From IMG/VR virus record IMGVR_UViG_3300036770_008714, positions 1-58,393 of that record: a stretch of DNA of 58,393 nucleotides; one strand, written 5' to 3'. The position numbers and the translations under genes are program-made. The notes under the pieces were generated by a model. That model was not told the origin of the DNA. It saw only the letters and a program-made list of their open reading frames with translations, and did not search any database. This stretch comes from a virus. Lineage: Duplodnaviria > Caudoviricetes. This document shows positions 36,611 through 44,750 of the stretch, piece by piece; positions within the stretch are counted from its first letter, which is position 1, and each line of letters begins with the position of its first letter.

Positions 36611-37980
36611 ACCTCCTCGGTGTATGAATTGGTGCGCCCCATTTGCTTCGTGGGTGGCGCGAGCGATTCGGTGGATTCGGTCCAGCGCTGGTGCGGCCCT
36701 TCGAAGTGCAGGGCAAACTCACCAACCCGGCCTTGACGGTTCTTTGGAACCGCGCAGCCGATCGTGTTGGCGAACTGGCCCACCTTGTGGCGCCACAGCA
36801 TCAGGACAACATCGGCGTCTTCTTCGATCGCGCCGGATTCCTTGAGGTCCGACAGCACAGGACGCCCTCCGGTCCGCTTCTCAACTTCGCGGTTCAGCTG
36901 GGACAGGGTCACGATCGAGATGTCCAGCTGCTTCGCCAATGCCTTGAGCCCCCGGCTGATTTCCTCGATCTGGTGGTGGCGGCTTTCCGAAGCCTTGCCG
37001 CTTGAGCACAGCTGCAGGTAGTCGATCGCCAACAGCTTGAGGTTGTGTTTGCGCTTGAGCGATCGCGCGCGCGAGACGATGTCTCCCAAGCTCAGGGCGG
37101 GTTGTTCGTCAAAGAACAGGGGCAGCGCGCGCATGGACTCGATCGCTTCGTTCACGCGGCTCCATTCGCCGCTGTCCAGCTTGCCGTTGCCGATGGCGTC
37201 CAGACGGATGCGGCCCAAGTTCGCCACAGTGCGATCGGTCAGCTCTGCACAGCACATTTCCATGCTGAACATCGCGGCGGTATGGCCCTGTTGCGCCACG
37301 TTCAGGCACAGCTGCTGGGCCAGAGATGACTTGCCCACAGAAGGACGCGCCGCGACGATGATTTGCTTTCCGCCCTTGAGCCCGCCGCCCAGCATGTGAT
37401 CCAGAGTGGGGATCTGCGTGGGGATGCCGGGTTGCACCTTGCCGTCTGCGATGTCTTGCAGGCGGTCGATGAACCCCGTCACGAACGTGTCAACGCACTT
37501 CGGCTCCGACTTGGCAGCTGGCTGGGAAACCTTCTCCAGAGTCGTTTGCGCGGTGGCGATCCGATCCTCCACGGTCATCGTTTCGTCTGCCGCGATGCCT
37601 TTGATCTCACCGGCAGCGCGCTGCAGAGACCGGGATGCGGCTTTCTCCGCGACGATCTCAGCATGCTGGCGCAGCACGCGCATACCGACATAGGCCGATG
37701 TGCAACGGTTCAACTCCACCAGGGTTTGGGCCGCATCCTCTTCGGCCCCGCGCAGCGCTTCGTACACGCTGACGAGGTCAACCGTCTTACCGGCCAAAAC
37801 CTGGGACTCGATCGCGGCATAGGCGCTGGCGAACAGGCCCACGGCGAACGAATCGCTTTTCAGCACATCGCCCACGGCGTCGTAAGCCTCAGCGCCAGCG
37901 ACAAGCAGGCCACCAATCACGCCAGCCTCAGCTTCCGGCGACCAGTGCATGAGTTCTTCTGGCAGGTCAAGCATGTTCAT
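36607..37980 (-). CDS. dnaB: Replicative DNA helicase
   Basis: AARPSVGKS, FSMEM, IDYLQL, LSQLNR, SDLKESGAIEEDAD, KNRQG. Confidence 0.96.
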   Translation of the reverse strand: MNMLDLPEELMHWSPEAEAGVIGGLLVAGAEAYDAVGDVLKSDSFAVGLFASAYAAIESQVLAGKTVDLVSVYEALRGAEEDAAQTLVELNRCTSAYVGMRVLRQHAEIVAEKAASRSLQRAAGEIKGIAADETMTVEDRIATAQTTLEKVSQPAAKSEPKCVDTFVTGFIDRLQDIADGKVQPGIPTQIPTLDHMLGGGLKGGKQIIVAARPSVGKSSLAQQLCLNVAQQGHTAAMFSMEMCCAELTDRTVANLGRIRLDAIGNGKLDSGEWSRVNEAIESMRALPLFFDEQPALSLGDIVSRARSLKRKHNLKLLAIDYLQLCSSGKASESRHHQIEEISRGLKALAKQLDISIVTLSQLNREVEKRTGGRPVLSDLKESGAIEEDADVVLMLWRHKVGQFANTIGCAVPKNRQGRVGEFALHFEGPHQRWTESTESLAPPTKQMGRTNSYTEEV

Positions 37981-38875
37981 TTGCAGCCTCCTTTTCAGCG
38001 CGGCGGGCGTCCGCCACTCGTTTTTCTTGCAGCCCTTTGGTCGTCCAGTTCGCAGGGCCTTCTGCGTTGCACGCCCACAGCCCATACCAGGACGACTTCA
38101 CGCAGTTCGCAAAGGTCTCAGGCCAGTCGATGTACTTTTTGGCCTTGCGGGCGCCGGTCGTGTGTTCTTCGCGGAATCGCAGCCAGGCGATCGCGGTCAT
38201 CTCATCGGTGATACCGGCGTCTGCGCAGTAGCGGCGAATGTGGTGGTCGTTCGGGATCGCCTTCACACCGAGCGCTTTGCAGGTGTCGAGGTAGGCGGCC
38301 AGGGTGACGGTTCGGGATTTCTGTTTTTCAGGAACGGGAGAGGTAGCGGGCTCGCCCGCGCTCTTCTCCTGCTCTTGGTCATGATCCTGTTCATGGTCAT
38401 GCTCTTGTTCTTGGCTTCCAAGGGGCTTTGAAGGGGCTTTTAAGGGGCTTTCCTTGGCTTCCTCAACAGGTAGATGAAACGCTACAGAATAGATAGCTGC
38501 AAACGCTGATTTCAAATGCGCTGGCCCAATGTTTGACCACTCACGTTCGACACCCTTCACACGGTTGTCACCGGGCTTCAGAGACTCGGCCACTTGATAT
38601 GCCGCCATGCGATGCACAAAGACGGTCTCCGAAGCCTCGTCGTAGGTGCAATACCCGGCTTCGATGAGGCTTTGAAGGGCCTTTGAAGCCCCTTCCATGC
38701 CCAGCCCGGTTTCGTGTGCCATGTACAAAACAGGGCAATGAAATACGCCGATCATGTTGGCGTGCGGGCAGGTCATCAGATACAGCGCCAGGACCTGAGC
38801 AGGGGCGTTCCCGCGCAGTGCCTTGCCTGTCTCCCCAATCCAGAACTTGGGGGAAACGACGCCGTAATCGCGCAT
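37967..38875 (-). CDS. Phage replication initiator (O-like)
   Basis: MRDYGVVSPKFW..., wHTH N-terminus, QEQEHDHEQ linker, directly upstream of dnaB. Confidence 0.8.
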   Translation of the reverse strand: MRDYGVVSPKFWIGETGKALRGNAPAQVLALYLMTCPHANMIGVFHCPVLYMAHETGLGMEGASKALQSLIEAGYCTYDEASETVFVHRMAAYQVAESLKPGDNRVKGVEREWSNIGPAHLKSAFAAIYSVAFHLPVEEAKESPLKAPSKPLGSQEQEHDHEQDHDQEQEKSAGEPATSPVPEKQKSRTVTLAAYLDTCKALGVKAIPNDHHIRRYCADAGITDEMTAIAWLRFREEHTTGARKAKKYIDWPETFANCVKSSWYGLWACNAEGPANWTTKGLQEKRVADARRAEKEAANEHA

Positions 38876-39069
38876 CAGTGGCTCGCTTCCAAGGCTGCGA
38901 ACTTGGCACCTTGGCGGGCCAGGGTCTGTGCCTTCTGTTCGTCCATGGCTCTGCGGGCGGCATCACGGTCGCCAAGGGCCATTGCGATTTCCAGGTCAAC
39001 ACCAGCCAGCTTTGCAGCCAGCTCGCGGCGCTTGTCAATCAGCTGGGCGAGTTTGTTGTCGGTGCTCAT
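38875..39069 (-). CDS. Hypothetical protein
   Basis: Coupled ORF, helical. Confidence 0.6.
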   Translation of the reverse strand: MSTDNKLAQLIDKRRELAAKLAGVDLEIAMALGDRDAARRAMDEQKAQTLARQGAKFAALEASH

Positions 39070-39224
39070 GCCGAAGTCCCCCGCTTGATCGCGTCATTGC
39101 GATCCAGAGCGCGGATAGGGCCGTCCATGGGTGCGCGGCTGGTGTTGGTCTTGCGTGGACGGACTGCGGGGATGTCGAGGTCTTTGCCGCGTGGGCGGGC
39201 CAGGGTGAATGCGTTGGCTTCCAT
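39066..39224 (-). CDS. Small hypothetical protein (52 aa, MEANAFTLARP...)
   Basis: Hand translation; GGAGG SD; overlaps neighbours at both ends. Confidence 0.55.
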   Translation of the reverse strand: MEANAFTLARPRGKDLDIPAVRPRKTNTSRAPMDGPIRALDRNDAIKRGTSA

Positions 39225-39406
39225 CACGCCACCTCCAGCACACGTTCAACGTGCATCTGAGCCTCGCGCTCGCGGTAGGCGGTATTGAAGGTGTCCCACT
39301 CAGCGGAGCCCACGCAATAGTCGTTGGCTTCGCGCAGTGGGATGTGATGCTCTGCGGCCTCGCGGGCCATGGCCTTGATGTCGGCGGGTGTCAGGGGGCG
39401 GATCAT
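39224..39406 (-). CDS. Hypothetical protein
   Basis: Coupled ORF. Confidence 0.6.
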   Translation of the reverse strand: MIRPLTPADIKAMAREAAEHHIPLREANDYCVGSAEWDTFNTAYREREAQMHVERVLEVA

Positions 39407-39777
39407 TGCGACAGGCCCTCCATCTCACGCATCATCTCGGCCATCTTTGCGCGCATGGCCTGCAGCTTCTTGCCGTTGTCGTTGCGCGCATCTGCAGCCA
39501 GGAAACGCTCAATCAGGTACATGACCGGTGCGGTGTCGCCGGTCTTCTCGATGTACTTCTCCAAGCTGTCCACGCTGAAATTGCGGCTGGAGTCTTCGGA
39601 CAACTGCACCGACAGATTGCTTGGCGCTTGGTCCAAGTCGATGGCCACGCGCTTGAGACCACGCTGGTACACGCCGGTAGCAATGCACTCGCGCAACGAA
39701 CCGTAGCGGTCTGCAAGGCCCGGTTCAAAGTTCAGTGTGAGCTGGTCTTTGGAGGCGCTGATAACGCTTGATGACAT
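39403..39777 (-). CDS. CII-like HTH regulator
   Basis: GLKRVAIDLDQAPSNLSVQLS HTH; between cro and replication genes. Confidence 0.7.
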   Translation of the reverse strand: MSSSVISASKDQLTLNFEPGLADRYGSLRECIATGVYQRGLKRVAIDLDQAPSNLSVQLSEDSSRNFSVDSLEKYIEKTGDTAPVMYLIERFLAADARNDNGKKLQAMRAKMAEMMREMEGLSQ

Positions 39778-39780
39778 GTC

Positions 39781-39823
39781 TTATCTCCGGGTATCACTGG
39801 TTATCAATGGCAGGCCAAACAAT
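39781..39823 (+). promoter_or_regulatory. PRE-like promoter with 10-bp-phased direct repeats
   Basis: TTATCTCCGG/GTATCACTGG/TTATCAATGG, then AACAAT at 39818-23, pointing toward cI. Confidence 0.55.
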
Positions 39824-39920
39824 TGGCGCCATGAACACGAATAGAAAAACGCCCAGACCCGTAGGCCTGAGCAAAGGCCGCTGCGAAGCGACTGAGGAGG
39901 GAATTGGTGCGGGCCATGGG

Positions 39921-40097
39921 CTAGGCGCCTTTGCCGAGAAGCGAAATCACCCAGCACAAGAGGGCGATGCCGAAAACCAGATCAATGGCGACTTGGCCGG
40001 GAGTGCGTGCGGGAATTCGCCCAGAGGTGAGCCAAATGATTCGGCCGATGTTTTCCAACACCAGCAGTCCGAACATGACCCAGAGAAAGGTGGTCAT
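39921..40097 (-). CDS. 58-aa 2-TM membrane protein (MTTFLWVMFGLLVLENIG...), not in the ORF track
   Basis: TAAATG junction with cro stop; GGAGG SD; hand translation. Confidence 0.65.
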   Translation of the reverse strand: MTTFLWVMFGLLVLENIGRIIWLTSGRIPARTPGQVAIDLVFGIALLCWVISLLGKGA

Positions 40098-40343
40098 TTA
40101 CACGGCCTCCTGCTGCTTTGCCTTGCGGTCAAGGTCGATCTCTCCGCGATCAACAGCAGCAAAGAAGTCCAGCAACGGCTGAATGGTCCCGATGCGCGGG
40201 TTCTCGCGGCTGCCGTAGACGAACTTCCGGATGAAGCTCAAAGCAACCCCGGTGTGATCCGCAATGGCCTCAAATCGCGAAGCCCCGGCCTCGCGAAGAC
40301 GGCGCTTCAAGTGATCTGCAATGGGTTCAATGGTGTTAGTCAT
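40098..40343 (-). CDS. cro: Cro-like repressor
   Basis: AIADHTGVALSFIRKFVYG..ENPRIGTIQPL; divergent from cI. Confidence 0.8.
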   Translation of the reverse strand: MTNTIEPIADHLKRRLREAGASRFEAIADHTGVALSFIRKFVYGSRENPRIGTIQPLLDFFAAVDRGEIDLDRKAKQQEAV

Positions 40344-40353
40344 GGCTCTTAAT

Positions 40354-40390
40354 ACCGATTTCGGTTTGAGTGTGCCATACCGTTTACGGT
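40354..40390. promoter_or_regulatory. OR operators, two ACCG-N4-CGGT palindromes
   Basis: ACCGATTTCGGT (40354-65) and ACCGTTTACGGT (40379-90). Confidence 0.85.
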
Positions 40391-40413
40391 TTGACAAGCA
40401 GAACAATGTCCGC

Positions 40414-40881
40414 ATGACCAAAAAAGAGCTGCCCGAGCCTGAGAGGCGCAACGACGCGCTGGCTTGGCACTTCAAGCGCATCGCTGGAGAGCGTGGCATT
40501 GAGACGCTGCGACTCCAGATGAAGGAAGCTGGTTACGACATTGGCGCCGGTACGCTGTGGCGCCTTTCGCGTGGCGACGAAGGGGTGAGGGCCGCCTCCA
40601 TCAAAAAACTGGCCGCTTACGCAGGGCGCGAGCCGGATGAGCTTTTGCGGATGCCCGGCCCAACAAAGAGGGGGGCCGCGTCTCCAGGCCCCACCCCACC
40701 AGGTCAGCGCTTCGACTCAGTGACAGAGGACGAGCACAACATGCTGATGCTGTTCCGGGGAATGTCAGACGATGACCGCGCCGAACTCACGGCAGAGATG
40801 GGCAAGCGGGCGGCCAAGTGGGCAGAGCTAGTGCAGAAAGTCCTGGCGCAAACCAGAACTGTCAAGAACGGCAACGATTGA
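40414..40881 (+). CDS. CI-like repressor lacking an S24 peptidase domain
   Basis: XRE-like GTLWRLSRG...IKKLAAYAG..PDELL; short helical C-terminus; likely leaderless (AACAAT-N6-ATG). Confidence 0.75.
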   Translation: MTKKELPEPERRNDALAWHFKRIAGERGIETLRLQMKEAGYDIGAGTLWRLSRGDEGVRAASIKKLAAYAGREPDELLRMPGPTKRGAASPGPTPPGQRFDSVTEDEHNMLMLFRGMSDDDRAELTAEMGKRAAKWAELVQKVLAQTRTVKNGND

Positions 40882-40932
40882 CCCGGCACAGTGCTGGGCA
40901 AGTGGGAAGACGGATAAGCCGAAAGGAGCCCC

Positions 40933-41133
40933 ATGAACTACGCCACCGAAATCGAAGCCCTGCGCATAGTCTTGGAGACTGTGATGGATGGGCACCCAGA
41001 CCCAGACCTGGCCGTGGCCCAGGTGGATGCACTGATTACAGAGATGCGCCAAAACGCCGCTGGGAGCCTTCAACTCCAGACGGCCGACCCGCTGCGCGTC
41101 GCAGTGGAGAACATCAGAGCGACGCTGGTTTGA
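40933..41133 (+). CDS. Hypothetical protein (immunity region)
   Basis: AAGGAG SD. Confidence 0.65.
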   Translation: MNYATEIEALRIVLETVMDGHPDPDLAVAQVDALITEMRQNAAGSLQLQTADPLRVAVENIRATLV

Positions 41134-41182
41134 AGCTGGTGGATGTGAGGGAATGCCGGGAAGACCGGCTGAAAGGACCAAA

Positions 41183-41488
41183 ATGAAAGTTGTTTCGGTA
41201 AACCGGGAAAAGACCGTTGGCTTCAAGCAAATCGCGTTCAACGTCGATCAGGAACTATCGCCGGAGTTCGTTTCTAAGATCTCCTACGGCAGTTTGAAAA
41301 TCACCGGCTCAGGAACGGTGCTCATCGTCCAGTTGCCAGCGGATGCAGACACTCCATTCAGCGCCGCATCCGTGAGCACGCTCAACCAGAAGCTAAGCGA
41401 TGCTCAGGACGCCATAGACGAAGCCGCCGCGAAGCGCGAAAAAATGCTGCAAGCAATAGCGAACAATGTCGGTCTACCCCTGGCCTGA
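41183..41488 (+). CDS. Hypothetical protein (immunity region)
   Basis: AAAGGA SD before MKVVSV. Confidence 0.7.
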   Translation: MKVVSVNREKTVGFKQIAFNVDQELSPEFVSKISYGSLKITGSGTVLIVQLPADADTPFSAASVSTLNQKLSDAQDAIDEAAAKREKMLQAIANNVGLPLA

Positions 41489-41836
41489 CTCACGACGCAC
41501 CAGCCAGTTTGGATGCGGATTCTGAAGTGCCGCATATGCAATCAGCACCTGTGAGAGCTTGAGCGCAGCGTCCGCGCTCAGCTTGCACGGTGAATTGCCA
41601 AGGTCGAAATCCAAGCCGTCATCTGATGCTACGGTCCGGCTAGTGTCCCGCCTCACGTATGCCGTAAGGCGATCACCATTCGACAGGTCGACGAATGCTG
41701 GCGCCAGCGAGGCCACTTGGTCCAACACAAATCGCCGAACGATGGCAGACGAGATGTGAACCGTATTCTGGCCGTCTGACACTTCGTAAGTGTCGCCGTG
41801 CGACCCTGGTAGCAAGTCAATCCGCGCTTCACTCAT
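41474..41836 (-). CDS. Hypothetical protein
   Basis: AAAGG SD before MSEARID; convergent with the previous gene. Confidence 0.5.
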   Translation of the reverse strand: MSEARIDLLPGSHGDTYEVSDGQNTVHISSAIVRRFVLDQVASLAPAFVDLSNGDRLTAYVRRDTSRTVASDDGLDFDLGNSPCKLSADAALKLSQVLIAYAALQNPHPNWLVRRESGQG

Positions 41837-41850
41837 ACCAAACCTTTCAA

Positions 41851-41875
41851 CCGCCCACTGAGGCGGTTTTTTGTT
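41851..41875 (+). terminator. Intrinsic terminator ending the cI transcript
   Basis: CCGCC-CACTGA-GGCGG followed by TTTTTTGTT. Confidence 0.7.
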
Positions 41876-41946
41876 GCCCGCCCGGATTGGGCGCAATTCC
41901 CGTTGGACTACGTATGCATGTACGTATTCGGAGTTGTATTTTACAT

Positions 41947-41986
41947 ACCGATTTCGGTTGCGCAAACATACCGTTATCGGTACAGT
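41947..41986 (+). promoter_or_regulatory. PL promoter with two OL operators
   Basis: TTGCGC-N17-TACAGT overlapped by ACCGATTTCGGT (41947-58) and ACCGTTATCGGT (41970-81). Confidence 0.85.
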
Positions 41987-42346
41987 AACACCCATCGACG
42001 CAAACAAAGCGGCGACAGGGTGCCAAGTGATCGAGCCGCGCACCGACACGCAGACCAACGCAGGTGCCGGGTGAACCGGTGTGTAGGGGATGTGAGTCCG
42101 GGGATCGTAGGCGTGGGCCTAGACGATGGAATCAACTCAGTAGGCCCCCTTGGCCTCTAAAGCCTCGATGCACATAGACGCTTTCAACGTCGCGCGCTGG
42201 GTGCCGTATCCAGCGAAATCAAAAAGATCGGGCGCTGTTCTGGGCGCGCCAAGTGCAGATGAGGTAGGCCCCGCCAAGAGCAGGAAGGGGCCAACACCAA
42301 AGCGTCTTGATGGTCAGGACGCTTCGATGTTCAACAGGAGAGAAAT

Positions 42347-42727
42347 ATGAAAGAAACCATTGACCAAGCGTTGAGCGATCTGTCCATGAAACGCGAGTTG
42401 ATAAAGAAAGAACTGCTTGAAAAGCAAGCTCAACAAGCAAATGCGCACCACCGATACATCGCCTTCGGGGAAAGCGTCTCGCTGGAACAAAGGCTTGCAC
42501 TCCAAGCTGAAATTGCGGCGCTTGAGTCGGATCGACAAAGTACAAAAGTGAGGCTGCTTGAAATGAAGCAGCAAGCCAAAGATGTGCGGATGCGCGGGTT
42601 TAAAAGTGCAATTGAAGAAAAACTGAAAGCCATCGGCATGGGTCACTTGATCGACGAGGCCTTAGCAGAAGCGCATGAAGAAATGCTCAAACAAGGCATG
42701 GGTGATGCCTACAAGCTGAGCCTTTAA
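42347..42727 (+). CDS. Coiled-coil hypothetical protein, first gene after PL
   Basis: AGGAG SD; Lys/Glu-rich. Confidence 0.75.
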   Translation: MKETIDQALSDLSMKRELIKKELLEKQAQQANAHHRYIAFGESVSLEQRLALQAEIAALESDRQSTKVRLLEMKQQAKDVRMRGFKSAIEEKLKAIGMGHLIDEALAEAHEEMLKQGMGDAYKLSL

Positions 42728-42816
42728 GCGAGGCAACCCGCCCTGGCCTGCCACGCGGGCCAAACCCAAAGCCGCTTCACAGAGGCTGCTTTGGATTTTC
42801 AAGGAAGGAGATAAAG

Positions 42817-43101
42817 ATGACAACCAAACACAGCGCCGGACCATGGGAGCAGTTCATGGCGTCCTGCGCAAACGGCGACAAAACGCCAGCGATCAAAAGC
42901 ACTCGCTCGGGTGCTTGTGTGGGCTACCCGGCAGGCTCAACGGATGAAGAAATTGCCGCGAACTGGGCAATCCAAACCCTGGCCCCGCAAATGCTGGAGG
43001 CTTGCGAGTTCATGCTGAAGCACGCATTTGAACGGAAGTGGGAAGGCGACGAACAGGCCTACGGAATGTTGAGCCGCATCGTGCGGGCTGCAAACGCGTA
43101 A
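42817..43101 (+). CDS. Hypothetical phage protein (HxxGPW family)
   Basis: KHSAGPW...AAN...LAPQMLEAC. Confidence 0.7.
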   Translation: MTTKHSAGPWEQFMASCANGDKTPAIKSTRSGACVGYPAGSTDEEIAANWAIQTLAPQMLEACEFMLKHAFERKWEGDEQAYGMLSRIVRAANA

Positions 43102-43161
43102 CCCCAACCCATACCCCACCAGCGCCTCAGAGGCGCTTTGTTTTTAACTAGGAGATAAAGC

Positions 43162-43395
43162 ATGCAAAAAACCAGTTTTCTAATCGCCGCAATTGGCGCC
43201 AATCACGCAGTGCTTGCGCAGTGTTTCGCGAACACAGAATCTGATGCGTGCAAGGCTATTGCCGCCCTGTTCTTGGACGACAAGGGCGCTCAAGCAACCG
43301 AAATTGCGTGCATAGATACGGGCGCAATGCCTGGTTTGTGGATGCCTGCTGACCCGCAATATCTGCGAGGGCAAATTGCCAACGCGAAGCAATAG
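43162..43395 (+). CDS. Hypothetical protein
   Basis: AGGAG SD. Confidence 0.6.
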   Translation: MQKTSFLIAAIGANHAVLAQCFANTESDACKAIAALFLDDKGAQATEIACIDTGAMPGLWMPADPQYLRGQIANAKQ

Positions 43396-43470
43396 CCAGC
43401 CACCCACCCCCCACCCCACAGGCTATCCAGGGGTGATTGCTTTGATGGGCGGCGAAGGGTGATGCGTAGT

Positions 43471-43607
43471 GGGCCGCGCAGGTTGCACGGTTGCTGGCCG
43501 ACATGTTGCCCAGGGTTGCTCCTGGGCGGCTAAGACGGGTGGACTATTTGATCAACAGTCCGAGAAATCCAGCGAGGTTGGGGGTTCGATTCCCCTGCGG
43601 TCCACCA
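43471..43607 (+). ncRNA. tmRNA-like / alanine-identity tRNA-like RNA (137 nt)
   Basis: Acceptor GGGCCGC/GCGGTCC with G3.U70, A73, CCA; T-arm GGGGG-TTCGATT-CCCCT; helix TTGCTGG/CCAGCGA enclosing a 71-nt insert. Confidence 0.65.
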
Positions 43608-43664
43608 CACATCATCTTGCCCGCCCATCAAAGCATTCACCAATCAACGAACAGGAGAGAGAGT

Positions 43665-43910
43665 ATGAAAGAAGGTCAGAAAGTTTGGCTGGTCAAGTAC
43701 GCGCTTACTACGGGGATCACGGAAGAAGTCGTCCGGTCAGCAAATGGGGAATTCGCATATATGGAAAACCGAAGCTGGAATTCCTACAAGTCGGGACGCG
43801 ATGTTTTCACTGACTACGGCGATGCAGTAAAAGCAGCCGAGGCGCTGCGCCAAAAGAAGCTCGGCAGCCTGCGCAAGCAATGTATGAAGCTGGAGAAGCT
43901 CAAATTCTGA
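43665..43910 (+). CDS. Hypothetical phage protein
   Basis: VWLVKYALTTGI...KKLGSLRKQ..KLE; AGGAG SD. Confidence 0.75.
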   Translation: MKEGQKVWLVKYALTTGITEEVVRSANGEFAYMENRSWNSYKSGRDVFTDYGDAVKAAEALRQKKLGSLRKQCMKLEKLKF

Positions 43911-43996
43911 GGCGACTCCACAGGCTGCGGTATCGCGGCTGGTGCGGATGGAAGCTCCGACAACCTCCTGGGTGAAAGGCCCCAGGGCCACCATTG

Positions 43997-44057
43997 AAGC
44001 CGCGCGGCGGGACGCTAATAACTTAAGAGAGACTGGGTTCAACTCCCAGGCGGCTTC
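43997..44057 (+). ncRNA. tRNA-like module lacking an anticodon arm
   Basis: AAGCCGC/GCGGCTT stem plus CTGGG-TTCAACT-CCCAG T-arm. Confidence 0.45.
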
Positions 44058-44060
44058 AAT

Positions 44061-44130
44061 GGTGGTGAAGTGCGAGAGATGCATTCGGCTGCATAAGCCG
44101 TTGCAGCCCGTTCAACTCGGGCCACCACCA
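44061..44130 (+). tRNA. Degenerate tRNA or tRNA-like gene (ambiguous CAT or GCA loop)
   Basis: GGTGGTG/CACCACC acceptor, GCCCG-TTCAACT-CGGGC T-arm, short D-arm, CGGC-TGCATAA-GCCG arm lacking U33. Confidence 0.5.
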
Positions 44131-44177
44131 ACCCACCCTAGCCGCCCTCTGAGGCGGCTTTTTCATGGAGAAACAAC

Positions 44178-44453
44178 ATGCGCAATTTTTCATGGGGCAA
44201 GGTGCTAGAGCGCTTTGAGTACGACTTTGACGGCGAGCAAGTTGAGGTTGTGAAGTATTTGCCGACCAAGTTTATCGATGGCAGCGCCGTGCGGGGTGAA
44301 TGGGAAAGCGAGCCCATGTTTCACATTGCCGCAATTCATCAATCCTTTAGTTCTTTGGACGCGGCGCTTATCGCAAGCATCGCGAACAAGCGTCTTGGGC
44401 TCAACCAGTACGCACTTGTAGCTGGTGTCTGCAGGGCGCTTGGGATCGACTAA
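44178..44453 (+). CDS. Hypothetical protein
   Basis: GGAG SD; flanked by hairpin/T-tract spacers. Confidence 0.7.
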   Translation: MRNFSWGKVLERFEYDFDGEQVEVVKYLPTKFIDGSAVRGEWESEPMFHIAAIHQSFSSLDAALIASIANKRLGLNQYALVAGVCRALGID

Positions 44454-44492
44454 CACAGCCCGCTTAGTCGGGCTTTTTTCATGGAGGCAGCA

Positions 44493-44750
44493 ATGACAGA
44501 AGCAAATGCACCAAAGGACGCAGCGAAGCGTCTTGAACCCAAGCAGCGCCTGATGGAACGCATGCGTACAAGCATTGTTGACCAGGGCAGCTACGGCATC
44601 CGGCAAACAGCCATTTGGGAAAAGGCTTATGCCCGCGCAGCTCGTTTTGTGAAGCGCGAGTTGCCAACGCAGCGCACGCTGAAAAATCTCATTAGCCAGC
44701 TAGATGCAGCGCATGCGTGGAAGCACGAACCAGACCAGGAACCTTCATGA
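44493..44750 (+). CDS. Hypothetical protein
   Basis: GGAGG SD. Confidence 0.65.
   Translation: MTEANAPKDAAKRLEPKQRLMERMRTSIVDQGSYGIRQTAIWEKAYARAARFVKRELPTQRTLKNLISQLDAAHAWKHEPDQEPS

Noticed and set aside
40354-40390. Operator match to the papillomavirus E2 site ACCG-N4-CGGT
   Set aside because: Coincidental short palindrome; position identifies these as phage operators
43580-43607. 3' tRNA or tmRNA fragment as an attP core
   Set aside because: It lies mid-operon, far from int, and has a matching 5' acceptor strand and enclosing stem, which an att remnant would not need
44061-44130. Functional tRNA-Met or tRNA-Cys call
   Set aside because: Anticodon loop lacks U33 in the CAT register, the GCA register breaks the stem, and the D-arm is atypical
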